Virus record (IMG/VR): IMGVR_UViG_3300033153_016035
Location: 1-64,000 of that record
DNA: 64,000 bases
Strand: one strand, 5' to 3'
Source: a virus
The position numbers were made by a program, and so were the translations under genes. Of the stretch, positions 10,465 to 18,836 are shown piece by piece (the first letter of the stretch is position 1; each line of letters starts with the position of its first letter). Below the pieces are notes generated by a model that did no database searches, was not told the DNA's origin, and saw only the letters and a program-made list of their open reading frames with translations.

Positions 10465-12848
10465 TTTCCCTCCGCCCAGTTTTTACATATCTTCGAGTCT
10501 ACCAGTATTGGGATACTCAGTTGGGCAGCGCCCTCTAGGGATATCCGCAGCGTGGAATTACACTCCTCTGCGTGCACTTCCGGCACATCTACAATACACT
10601 CATCATGGATAGCATTGCACACATAAGACTCTTCTAAATTTGGATTTCGCCTCTTTCGATAAGAGTACCGTAAAATCCCCAATTTTACAATATCTATAGC
10701 CGAGCCCTGCGGGATGTTATTTGCAATCTCCCGTATCACAGCCCGCAGTTCCCACTTTTTCATGGTCCCATTATCCAGCTTTTCCTTCTGAGCCAGGAAA
10801 CGACGTTCTCGCCCCCTAAGAATGTAGGGGAATACCCCCTTACTCCGAAGCGTCTGTTTCAAGACATGATCCAAGAGCACCTTCACCATTGGATATGCTC
10901 TAAAGTAGTCATAGTACATCATATGGGCCGCCTCTTCTGACACATCAAGATCTTTAGCCAGAGTGAAATAAGATTCACCATAACAAAGACCAAAATTGAT
11001 TGTCTTTGCATACTGCCGCCCCTGCTTATATCCATATTTTTCCATAAGTCCCAACTTGAGGGCTGTAAGACTATGGATATCTAGGCCCAAACAAAACCCG
11101 TTGATGACAGGCTGTTCGGGGTGCGTTTTATCCCTCCTACCTTCTGGCGCCTTACATTCAGGACACCAATGTAATGGCTTATCTGTCTCCCCTGATGCAC
11201 CACATTCGCAGTCGTATTGACGGTATGCCCTAAGTAGCGTGGGATCTTGAGAAATATGCGTAATCATACGTAGCTCAATTTGTGAGTAATCCGCTATTAC
11301 AAAACGAGAACCGGGACGTGGGATAAAAGCTTTACGTAGTGGTTGCATTCGATAATAACGCGTGCCATTACTTTCAAATCCTGAACTCCCCAGTTCCCCC
11401 TCATCCAACTCTACCCAACCAGATGGCGTAATAGGCCGATTCTCCCATTTTGCCATTTCATGTTTATGCATGGCGGCCAATACTTCCTCTATTTCCACCG
11501 GCATTTTGTCCGGATTCGGAATATTCATTGAGTTTGGTGAAGACGACATCCTCCCGGTCACAGCCCCCAACGAGTTAAATGAGAATCTGTACCGTCGTTC
11601 TGAATTAGTAATAGATTTTTTATATATTGGGGAAAGAAAAGTACTATGTAATGTCCGAAGGGCGCTTAAGCTCGCGAGACGCTGACAGATGGGATGCCCT
11701 TCCGCCGCTAAATAATTAAGCACCGCAGCGTTACTTTGCGGATATCCAGTCTTTGTGGTCTTAGCCCACTCCGGCGGACTTAACTGTAACTGATCCCAAA
11801 TTAGATTTTTTATCTGCGCGTGCGAATTGGGATTAAAATCCTCCATGCCATACTGCGTATGTACCTCATTTTGTAAGTAGGCCCTTTTCATCTCAATAAG
11901 AGCCTCTACATCCCGCTCTAAAAAGTAGAGGAAGTCGGTATCAATTCGCATCCCCCCAATTTCCCACTCCGCCATAAGAAGAGCAAAGGGTAGTTCAACC
12001 TGTTCATACCACCGCCTCAGATCCGGAAGCTCTTGCAACATATCCCAAAATCTATAAAAAAGGTTAAGCGTGTCCAATGCGTCATCCACAGCATAGGTAG
12101 CAAACAGTGCCGCCGCCTCTTTTCGTGCTGCGTCCTCAATCTTAGGACCGACATACCGGTACATCCGCTCCGCAAAGGTAGCTTTAATAAGCTTTTCGGG
12201 CATTGAATATATCAAAAGGTCGTCTTCGTTGGTCGTATTAAGTAAACCCTTTTCCATTACCAACGTATTTTTCTTTGACGCCTGATATTTTAACCACCCG
12301 TCGTTTATCAAGCCGCGCACCCGCGCCTCCGCAGCCTTTATAATGTTTTTTCTTTCTTTTTCCGTCTGCTTATACGTCTTGCGCGGCTTATCCAAATAAT
12401 ACTTAGCTAGTGATTTAAGATCATTCGGGGTATTTTCATCTAGGAGGTGTGACATGACTAACGTGTCATGTACTCGCCCACGGGGCATAGCTTTATACAC
12501 CTGGCCCACCGACATATTGTGGGGATACAGCCCTTTTATTCCTATTTGTACGTCAAACCTGCCGCCGTGCATTATTAGGGTAAGATCCTGCTTTACCCAT
12601 ATAGGCCGCAGCAACTCCTGACAAAACCATTCCCAGGAAACCAGATTTCTCCCATGTTCCTCGGTAAAGTCAAATGTCCAACACTCCCCTACCACCTCTC
12701 CAACCTTTCCCCAGGCAATTGAGGCCGCTTCTGGTTTAGCCTCATAGGGGATTAGGCTGGTATTATAACCGTGTGGGGCGTGGCCGGTTGCTGTCTCAAA
12801 GTCGAGTGCTATTATATTGGCTTCGCTTATTTTTTTGACAACGTCCAT
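10461..12848 (-). CDS. polA: DNA polymerase family A with 3'-5' exonuclease
   Basis: Exo motifs ALDFET / H..RFD / YAVDD, TGRMSS, motif A DYSQIELR, motif B RQYAKTINFG..YG, motif C IHDE. ATG 12848 follows GGAG. Confidence 0.97.
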   Translation of the reverse strand: MDVVKKISEANIIALDFETATGHAPHGYNTSLIPYEAKPEAASIAWGKVGEVVGECWTFDFTEEHGRNLVSWEWFCQELLRPIWVKQDLTLIMHGGRFDVQIGIKGLYPHNMSVGQVYKAMPRGRVHDTLVMSHLLDENTPNDLKSLAKYYLDKPRKTYKQTEKERKNIIKAAEARVRGLINDGWLKYQASKKNTLVMEKGLLNTTNEDDLLIYSMPEKLIKATFAERMYRYVGPKIEDAARKEAAALFATYAVDDALDTLNLFYRFWDMLQELPDLRRWYEQVELPFALLMAEWEIGGMRIDTDFLYFLERDVEALIEMKRAYLQNEVHTQYGMEDFNPNSHAQIKNLIWDQLQLSPPEWAKTTKTGYPQSNAAVLNYLAAEGHPICQRLASLSALRTLHSTFLSPIYKKSITNSERRYRFSFNSLGAVTGRMSSSPNSMNIPNPDKMPVEIEEVLAAMHKHEMAKWENRPITPSGWVELDEGELGSSGFESNGTRYYRMQPLRKAFIPRPGSRFVIADYSQIELRMITHISQDPTLLRAYRQYDCECGASGETDKPLHWCPECKAPEGRRDKTHPEQPVINGFCLGLDIHSLTALKLGLMEKYGYKQGRQYAKTINFGLCYGESYFTLAKDLDVSEEAAHMMYYDYFRAYPMVKVLLDHVLKQTLRSKGVFPYILRGRERRFLAQKEKLDNGTMKKWELRAVIREIANNIPQGSAIDIVKLGILRYSYRKRRNPNLEESYVCNAIHDECIVDVPEVHAEECNSTLRISLEGAAQLSIPILVDSKICKNWAEGK

Positions 12849-12861
12849 CGTTTGCTCCAAC

Positions 12862-12885
12862 AAAAAAAGGGGGCAGAGCCCCCTT
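12862..12885 (-). terminator. Intrinsic terminator-like hairpin between ssb and polA
   Basis: The minus strand reads AAGGGGGC-TCT-GCCCCC followed by 7 T. Confidence 0.7.
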
Positions 12886-12915
12886 AAACTAAATCATACT
12901 CCGCTACTTTATCTA

Positions 12916-14259
12916 CTACTCAGTTTTCTTCTTTCGGGTTCTTTTTTTCTTCTCCGGTTCCGGTATTTCGGCGGTAGGTGGAGCTACCACCGGAGCTGCC
13001 TCTTCTGTGACTGTGGGGGGCTCCGGGGGCGAAACCTTACCATAGTCAGAGTAACCAGCCGCTTCCTCTGCGGTCACGGTTGACACATAACCATCAAAAG
13101 GAGAAGCAGTTTTTCCACTCACCGACGACGGGAGCGTAAATTTATCACGGATAGGGGAAGCTTCGGGACGTTTCTCTGGCGGTGTGTTATTCTTTAACAT
13201 TAACCCTAGCGGACCTGCCTGCGTTACTGGCCCCCTCACACCATCTGACGGTCCCTGTTGGCTTGATTGCACCATCGGGTTGTTTGTGGGCATTGCGGGC
13301 AAAGGCTGGTGGAACCCCGGAGGAGAGGCTCCCGCTCCCCCCAGCATTGGTAAACTATCCGGGGGCATTATCGAAGGCTGCGGGGAAACCTGAGGGGCAG
13401 GTGTAGGGGACTCAAACGGTAATCCTGCTCCCCCTACCATTGGTAAACTATCCCCCGGTGCTACCACGGAATGCTGCGGCGCAGCCCAGGAAGGGCCACT
13501 AGAAGATGGCCCTTCCCCTCCTTGCGTGGCAGCCTGCCCGGTTGCCCGTTTAACATAGGAGATCAGGTAATCTTCCTTTTCCTGGGAGGGTGCAAAATCC
13601 TTATCTATTTCCGGCATCGCGAAAAACTCCTGCGCCGCCTCCGCCTCAGACATTATCCGACCCACTTCAACCATTTTCTGCTTGTACCACGGTGTCCTTG
13701 TCGAACCCAACGTAAAGGCATTCATGTCACATAAGCCCAGATAATCAAAGTGATTTCCTGTACTCGCAGAACTATCACCAATCCGACTAATCTGGAACAA
13801 CATACCCCGACACTGGCCGTCCGGCAGATTCTCTATTTTACTTTTACTTTCCACCAGTTTACTGAGTGCCATCGCCTCATTCCTCCGGAGCATGAGCCAC
13901 TTTGGGGTATGTGACCACTCCTTAAAGATGCTAAGGTCTATTATGTGGACCGCTAGGTACAACGAACGCTTTACGTAATCCGAATACAGCCCCTCATTAC
14001 AAACACGACATATTTGCGCGTTGGGTTCCCCATATGACCTACACGTGCAACGCAGCTTCCAGCCAATGTTGTCATGCTGTTTGGGGATAAACACGTTGTG
14101 TATATAAAGCACGGGTGCTTCATTGATATTTTCTGTATTAATAATAATCTTTGCCGAAGTGTCTTTCTTGAGATAAAACCACTTCCCAAAGTCGAGCCGC
14201 ATATTAGATGCGTTTTTTGCTTCTTTTAGGCTTCGTAAGCCTCGTCTGTAATATGACAT
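12916..14259 (-). CDS. Putative single-stranded DNA-binding protein (gp32-like) with long Pro-rich tail
   Basis: N-terminal WFYLK..., H...CTC...CRVC Zn ligands and position between primase and polA. Start at ATG 14259 after AGGAG; the ORF-track TTG 14340 is the -35 box. Confidence 0.6.
   Translation of the reverse strand: MSYYRRGLRSLKEAKNASNMRLDFGKWFYLKKDTSAKIIINTENINEAPVLYIHNVFIPKQHDNIGWKLRCTCRSYGEPNAQICRVCNEGLYSDYVKRSLYLAVHIIDLSIFKEWSHTPKWLMLRRNEAMALSKLVESKSKIENLPDGQCRGMLFQISRIGDSSASTGNHFDYLGLCDMNAFTLGSTRTPWYKQKMVEVGRIMSEAEAAQEFFAMPEIDKDFAPSQEKEDYLISYVKRATGQAATQGGEGPSSSGPSWAAPQHSVVAPGDSLPMVGGAGLPFESPTPAPQVSPQPSIMPPDSLPMLGGAGASPPGFHQPLPAMPTNNPMVQSSQQGPSDGVRGPVTQAGPLGLMLKNNTPPEKRPEASPIRDKFTLPSSVSGKTASPFDGYVSTVTAEEAAGYSDYGKVSPPEPPTVTEEAAPVVAPPTAEIPEPEKKKRTRKKKTE
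13334..13453. repeat. 27-bp direct repeat, two copies (DSLPM[VL]GGAG)
   Basis: gctccccc(c/t)a(g/c)cattggtaaactatcc at 13334-13360 and 13427-13453. Confidence 0.8.
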
Positions 14260-14312
14260 ATAGTCACTCCTAAAATCAAAACCATTCTGGTTAAAGCCCT
14301 TTAGGCTACACA

Positions 14313-14340
14313 AGTTTAACATTTTGATCTTTTGTGTCAA
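14313..14340 (-). promoter_or_regulatory. Sigma70-type promoter upstream of ssb
   Basis: TTGACA-N16-TAAACT with TGn extended -10 and an A/T-rich upstream tract. Confidence 0.7.
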
Positions 14341-14359
14341 GACTTTTTTTAAAAAAACT

Positions 14360-15304
14360 TCAATAAACTTGTTTTTGTGCTATCAAACTAAGCAACTGTG
14401 CGGGTTCCAATCCGGCGGGGTCACTACCGTCCGGTAAACTAACCACAAAAGTCCTTATTCTTTTAGAGAGAATATAACCTAGCCTATCCGTACCCTGACG
14501 GCCCGCCGGGTCTCCATCGAGTACCAAAACAACATACTGCGCAAAATGCAAAAATCTTTCTAGTTGGGGCTGTGTGAGTATCAAACCGCCTAACGACAAA
14601 ACATTAGGAACTACCCTCCGGGCCACTATAGCATCCATTGGCCCCTCAACCAGATGCACCGCTGGATACGTTGGATCTAAGAAGCTTTCCCCGTATAGTA
14701 CGTGACTATCCTCCGATGTGTATTTATAGTATTTCGGCGTCTGGTCAACTACCGTGCGGCCCACACACCCTACAGCCCGCGAGCCCTTAAATATAGGAAA
14801 GGTCGCACGTTGGCGTTTACTATCATACCCCAGAGAACGTGCGGATATCTCCATCGGGGACAACCCTCGCCCAATAAAATAATCATCTCCGCTACGGTTG
14901 ACACTGCAACCAAAGACAAAACCCTGAATATTAAAACTACCGCCGCCGGCCTGTTGGCGTACCATAACCCGGCGCTTTTGACACAGATAATCCCTAAAAG
15001 ATCCGAGATCCGAAACCTCACACGACCTCACAAAGGCGCATACGTCAGATGTTATCCTTCCTAATCCATGTAGTCTTTCAAACACAGATGATACTGTACC
15101 ACTCATACCGCAGGTAAAACAGTTACAGACACTCTCCTCTGGAAACTTTGCCATTTTTATACCATAAGAGTATGTCTGGTCCTTGGCGTGCTTATGCAGG
15201 GGGGTATGGGGGGCATTAGGGCATGACATCATAATGCCTTCTGTTGATGGCCGGTATCCGGTACCAAGCATTTCCGCTAGTTCTATGATACTATGCATTT
15301 CCAT
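14360..15304 (-). CDS. dnaG: DNA primase (Zn-binding + TOPRIM)
   Basis: CP...H...CFTC Zn domain, R.TFPI...GR...PKY, VEGPMDA and DGDPAG motifs. Confidence 0.92.
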   Translation of the reverse strand: MEMHSIIELAEMLGTGYRPSTEGIMMSCPNAPHTPLHKHAKDQTYSYGIKMAKFPEESVCNCFTCGMSGTVSSVFERLHGLGRITSDVCAFVRSCEVSDLGSFRDYLCQKRRVMVRQQAGGGSFNIQGFVFGCSVNRSGDDYFIGRGLSPMEISARSLGYDSKRQRATFPIFKGSRAVGCVGRTVVDQTPKYYKYTSEDSHVLYGESFLDPTYPAVHLVEGPMDAIVARRVVPNVLSLGGLILTQPQLERFLHFAQYVVLVLDGDPAGRQGTDRLGYILSKRIRTFVVSLPDGSDPAGLEPAQLLSLIAQKQVY

Positions 15305-16612
15305 CTAGTCGTCACCTTCCAAATGCTGATAATCCACATGTACTTGATAATTTTCATTTGAGGAGCCCACCCCAGGAATCTTCCAGGACAGAACCCCAAA
15401 CTCCCCCTCTTTGACATTCCACTTCAGCAGCATATCCTCTAGCTCTAAGCCATCCCGGGTTTTTAAAGACCACAGTCGGGCCTGGGCCAAATCTTTCTGC
15501 TGACTATCACGACCTAAGATAAAATTGTGGTCAAAATCCTGGGTTATTGCGGATGTCAAGGCCACTTCCCCTTTACGGTTCAACTGCCAGGTAACTACTA
15601 TTGGCAGGGCATAATCCTCTGCCATATTTTTCAGATCCTGAACAAACACAGTTTTTTCTTCCCAGGTTTCAGACCTAACACAAAGATATGGTGAGTCCCA
15701 AAAGATCACATCAATATCATTTCGGATTATAGACAGTATAGATTCAAACGAGGCCAGCCCGTTAATGTCAGAAGGGCCGAAGATTACAAAGGCGCTTTTC
15801 TTGCCCCTCTCCGCTAAAGTCTTATAATACGCGTCAAGCTTTTCCTCCTCCTGCAATGTCAATATCCCGCGCCGGAAGCGTTCTGGGGATACCCCCGCCA
15901 TAATGGCATCCAGCCGAATGGTAAGTCTTTTAGGCTGCATCTCGTTAGAAAACAGCACAGGGGAATACCCTTTATTTGCCGCGTGAATTGCACAGAGCAG
16001 CAACAGCCAAGTCTTGCCCACGCCAGACTCGGCGAAAAATGCTGTGGCCTCACCGTCTATGAGCCCACCAGTAGCCACGTTCATCGGCTCAAATGGGTAT
16101 GGAATCCCCATCATTCCCTGGCGCGCCTTTCGCTCAGTATAGGCTTGCTCCCGCACTTCCACATCGTGATAGTAGTCTATAAAGTCCCCTTGACGCCGGG
16201 GGCGATATGTTCTTCGCACGTGTGCCCCCAGATTCATAAGCTTTTCAGCAGCATCTACCGGGTTATTCTTCTCTGTATCGGTACTGGTAACCAGCGGCAT
16301 AAAATCATCCCGTATACCATCCTCCAGCACCTGTACAGCCTTTCGGTCCCTTAAAGCATTGATAAAATAACCAACGTCCTCGGCGGTTTCCATAAACTCC
16401 ACGTGGAAACGCAGTTCTATAGTCTGGGGTGTTGGCATCTTGTGCATATTGGGCGCATTCAAACACTCTACTACAAAATCGTAAACCCCTTGCCACTCAT
16501 CGGCAATCCAATCTCGGGACATCTGAGATAATCTCTGCGGATCACCTGTCCGCAGCAGCGCGTAAAAAAAACCACTATCAATATTCACTTGTCTGAACCC
16601 TCCATTGCTCAT
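15305..16612 (-). CDS. dnaB: Replicative helicase, DnaB family
   Basis: AESGVGKT Walker A, FSNEM, IFWD, WQLNR and KTRDG motifs. Confidence 0.92.
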   Translation of the reverse strand: MSNGGFRQVNIDSGFFYALLRTGDPQRLSQMSRDWIADEWQGVYDFVVECLNAPNMHKMPTPQTIELRFHVEFMETAEDVGYFINALRDRKAVQVLEDGIRDDFMPLVTSTDTEKNNPVDAAEKLMNLGAHVRRTYRPRRQGDFIDYYHDVEVREQAYTERKARQGMMGIPYPFEPMNVATGGLIDGEATAFFAESGVGKTWLLLLCAIHAANKGYSPVLFSNEMQPKRLTIRLDAIMAGVSPERFRRGILTLQEEEKLDAYYKTLAERGKKSAFVIFGPSDINGLASFESILSIIRNDIDVIFWDSPYLCVRSETWEEKTVFVQDLKNMAEDYALPIVVTWQLNRKGEVALTSAITQDFDHNFILGRDSQQKDLAQARLWSLKTRDGLELEDMLLKWNVKEGEFGVLSWKIPGVGSSNENYQVHVDYQHLEGDD

Positions 16613-17162
16613 TTTCCACCACTATTTGCTTTTTACACACACGTTCTATCACACTCCATAGCGTTGGGGGGTAATGCTTCTGTATAGTTCTAGGCCCCAA
16701 ATTACTCACCAAAATGGTCCCCTTATTGTTCTCAAAACGGCGCCGTAAGGCAAATTCCAAATGCCGTACTACCCAGTCGTCATTCGTCGACTCCGCCCCC
16801 ACATCATCCAGCACCACCAAATCGGCATTTGTAAACTTGGACCCAAGTGTCACGCTTGGGTCAAGATGGTGCACCGGCCCCTTCCAGTGGGAGTGTAAGT
16901 CTACACTGCGAACATAGTGAGTTATAACACCATGACGCATAGCCTCCCGGAGCAACAAAGAGGCAAAAGCAGTTTTACCAGAACAAGGAGCGCCCAGTAT
17001 TAAAACACCAAAATTGGTACTAATCAAGCTCGGGACGTCCTGAAGGACTTTTGTCATTCTGGATACTAGCACCCGATCCTCAATATTAGTCAATTGAACC
17101 GCCCAATAGGCGGCAGGTATACTCGCCCTACGCAGCATCGTTTCAGTCACCTCGTAGCGCAT
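16578..17162 (-). CDS. dnaC: DnaC/IstB-like AAA+ helicase loader
   Basis: RASIP..Y, GAPCSGKT, LVVLDDVGAE and R.ENNKGTILVSNL motifs. Lies between the putative initiator and dnaB. Confidence 0.88.
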   Translation of the reverse strand: MRYEVTETMLRRASIPAAYWAVQLTNIEDRVLVSRMTKVLQDVPSLISTNFGVLILGAPCSGKTAFASLLLREAMRHGVITHYVRSVDLHSHWKGPVHHLDPSVTLGSKFTNADLVVLDDVGAESTNDDWVVRHLEFALRRRFENNKGTILVSNLGPRTIQKHYPPTLWSVIERVCKKQIVVENEQWRVQTSEY

Positions 17163-18507
17163 GATAATCCTCCTTTTTATTATCCGCAGAAAAATAATGC
17201 GGATACTTCTTCTGTACCAACTTTTTCAGCGCAGCAAAAAAGGCGATGAAGGCGCCAGGGCGAAAAGGTCTAAACCACCGGAAATGCCCCTCAAAGGCCA
17301 AATAATGGTCGGCCACGGCTTTTGATACAGAAATCACAGTGTCCATGTCTTGTTCCTCAAGGAGCCCTTTAAACTGCTGACGCCCCCTATAGTTCAATTT
17401 ATGAATCGGAACCTCCAGTTCCCCCAGACAGGTAGACAACATCGCCCAAATTGTAGTTACCGACCACTTCTCCGGCGCCAGTAATTTCCACTCTGTAATG
17501 GCAATCTTCTTTGCGACATCTTTGTCCCCCTTTGGGACATTTTTGTCCACACCCGTTATGGGAATATAAGCCTCCTCGGGAATCTTAACCTCAGCAGTTA
17601 TGGGACTATAATCCTCCTGAAACGACTTCCCATCTGAAACAGGTTTATAAGCGCCATCCGGTTTTGCATCACCACGGGACACGGTCAGAAAGTGGCCGTG
17701 CCCGCCTTCTATCTTTGCTTCTATGTGATTCCAGTAGGCCAGTAAAGCTCCGGGGGTAAAAGGCACCTGCCACTTAAACTTTCCACTAATCCTAGTGAAA
17801 TGGGCAACCATACGCGTAAAGACCTCCACCAACACAACTATAGGAACCCCTTTAGAACCATCTCCCCGAAGAAGCTCACTGTGCAGATGCCGCAGTTGGC
17901 CCCAACCTTTACGCTCAATATTGTACTCGGGCGGGTGTCCCGCCTCCGCTAACACATGGCAGCCCCAAAACCAAAATTCTTTCATAGACCACTGTCCCTG
18001 TTGGACTTTTGTCCAACAGTACCTTACGGACTCTGCCTCCCACTGGACCAACAGCTCCGGCGTTGCCCGTTGGATTGGCGGCTCTGGGTTACAACGTACA
18101 AAGGCACTACAGCTTTTACTACAGGTTTGTTGGTCGCTCTCAGCGGGGGTAAAGAGCCGACCAGGAAGGGGACAGTTGGGGTTTAAACAAACCCTACCAT
18201 CGGGCTTACGACTTGCCTTGTAGCATTTATCCCCGCAATAAATCTGCTTTTTTTTCTTGGGGGGATACAGGCACTCACATTCCGGGCAAAGGTGCAGGAC
18301 AGTTTTCCCTGCATTTAACCGTTTGTGGATTGGATGGTTTTTTCCCCCACGCGGGGTTCCCGACGTAAGTACCTCTATGGCGGCTGGTTGCGCCGCGCCG
18401 CGCAAATTTGTCCCTGTCTTATTTATTATTTCTTTAATTTCTTTCTTTCTTTCTTTATATATATTAGTATTAATACAGCGACACAAAACTTTTGATGATT
18501 TCTGCAC
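17143..18507 (-). CDS. Putative replication initiator with two Cys4 zinc fingers and a duplicated C-terminal helical domain
   Basis: GTG start after GGAGG, two C..C...YC..C fingers and two ~85-aa homologous units. Lies immediately upstream of dnaC. Confidence 0.55.
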   Translation of the reverse strand: MQKSSKVLCRCINTNIYKERKKEIKEIINKTGTNLRGAAQPAAIEVLTSGTPRGGKNHPIHKRLNAGKTVLHLCPECECLYPPKKKKQIYCGDKCYKASRKPDGRVCLNPNCPLPGRLFTPAESDQQTCSKSCSAFVRCNPEPPIQRATPELLVQWEAESVRYCWTKVQQGQWSMKEFWFWGCHVLAEAGHPPEYNIERKGWGQLRHLHSELLRGDGSKGVPIVVLVEVFTRMVAHFTRISGKFKWQVPFTPGALLAYWNHIEAKIEGGHGHFLTVSRGDAKPDGAYKPVSDGKSFQEDYSPITAEVKIPEEAYIPITGVDKNVPKGDKDVAKKIAITEWKLLAPEKWSVTTIWAMLSTCLGELEVPIHKLNYRGRQQFKGLLEEQDMDTVISVSKAVADHYLAFEGHFRWFRPFRPGAFIAFFAALKKLVQKKYPHYFSADNKKEDYHALRGD

Positions 18508-18818
18508 CTCTGCAACCTCCTAACTGCGTTGGTTTCCGGTGTAAGGGTTTTTTTGTCCCCCTTCTGCACATCCAGGTGGGGGGAGTCGGGGCCGTATCCC
18601 AGATCTTGTGCCCGTCTCGGCGACCTCGCTTTTTTCGGTAAAGCTCCTCGACCGTTTGTGGTTTTCTCCGGTTAAAAAAGGGAGAATTGAGTATAAGTCA
18701 ACTTCCCTTAATGGGTTGTCGTGATTTTACCCCGGTTTTTTGGGCCGAGAAAAGTGTGCAAAATTTTGCACACCCCACAATTTCACAAACGGTCGAGGCG
18801 CCGTTATAGCCGGGCAAG
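18421..18818. other. Candidate replication origin or structured non-coding element
   Basis: AT-rich tract 18421-18476, perfect 20-bp palindrome 18754-18773 and perfect 15-bp inverted repeat 18646-18660 / 18784-18798. This is the largest intergenic gap in the window. Confidence 0.5.
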
Positions 18819-18836
18819 TTACGGTAACAACCCCAA

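Noticed and set aside
7825-11515. Inteins or introns in RecA and PolA
   Set aside because: The inserts are short, in frame, and lack C/S...HN-C/S/T intein ends and homing endonuclease motifs.
15302-15307. dnaB TAG directly followed in frame by dnaG ATG (possible read-through fusion)
   Set aside because: dnaG has its own GGAAGGTG RBS-like site, and similar stop-start junctions occur elsewhere (20251/20252, 28171/28172). Translational coupling is the simpler explanation.
16578-17162. IS21 IstB transposition helper
   Set aside because: There is no IstA transposase or terminal inverted repeats, and the position before dnaB indicates a helicase loader.
18572-18602. tRNA/tmRNA-like 3' end (minus strand ggccccgactccccccacc)
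   Set aside because: There is no GTTCGA T-loop, cloverleaf or CCA end, so the resemblance is superficial.
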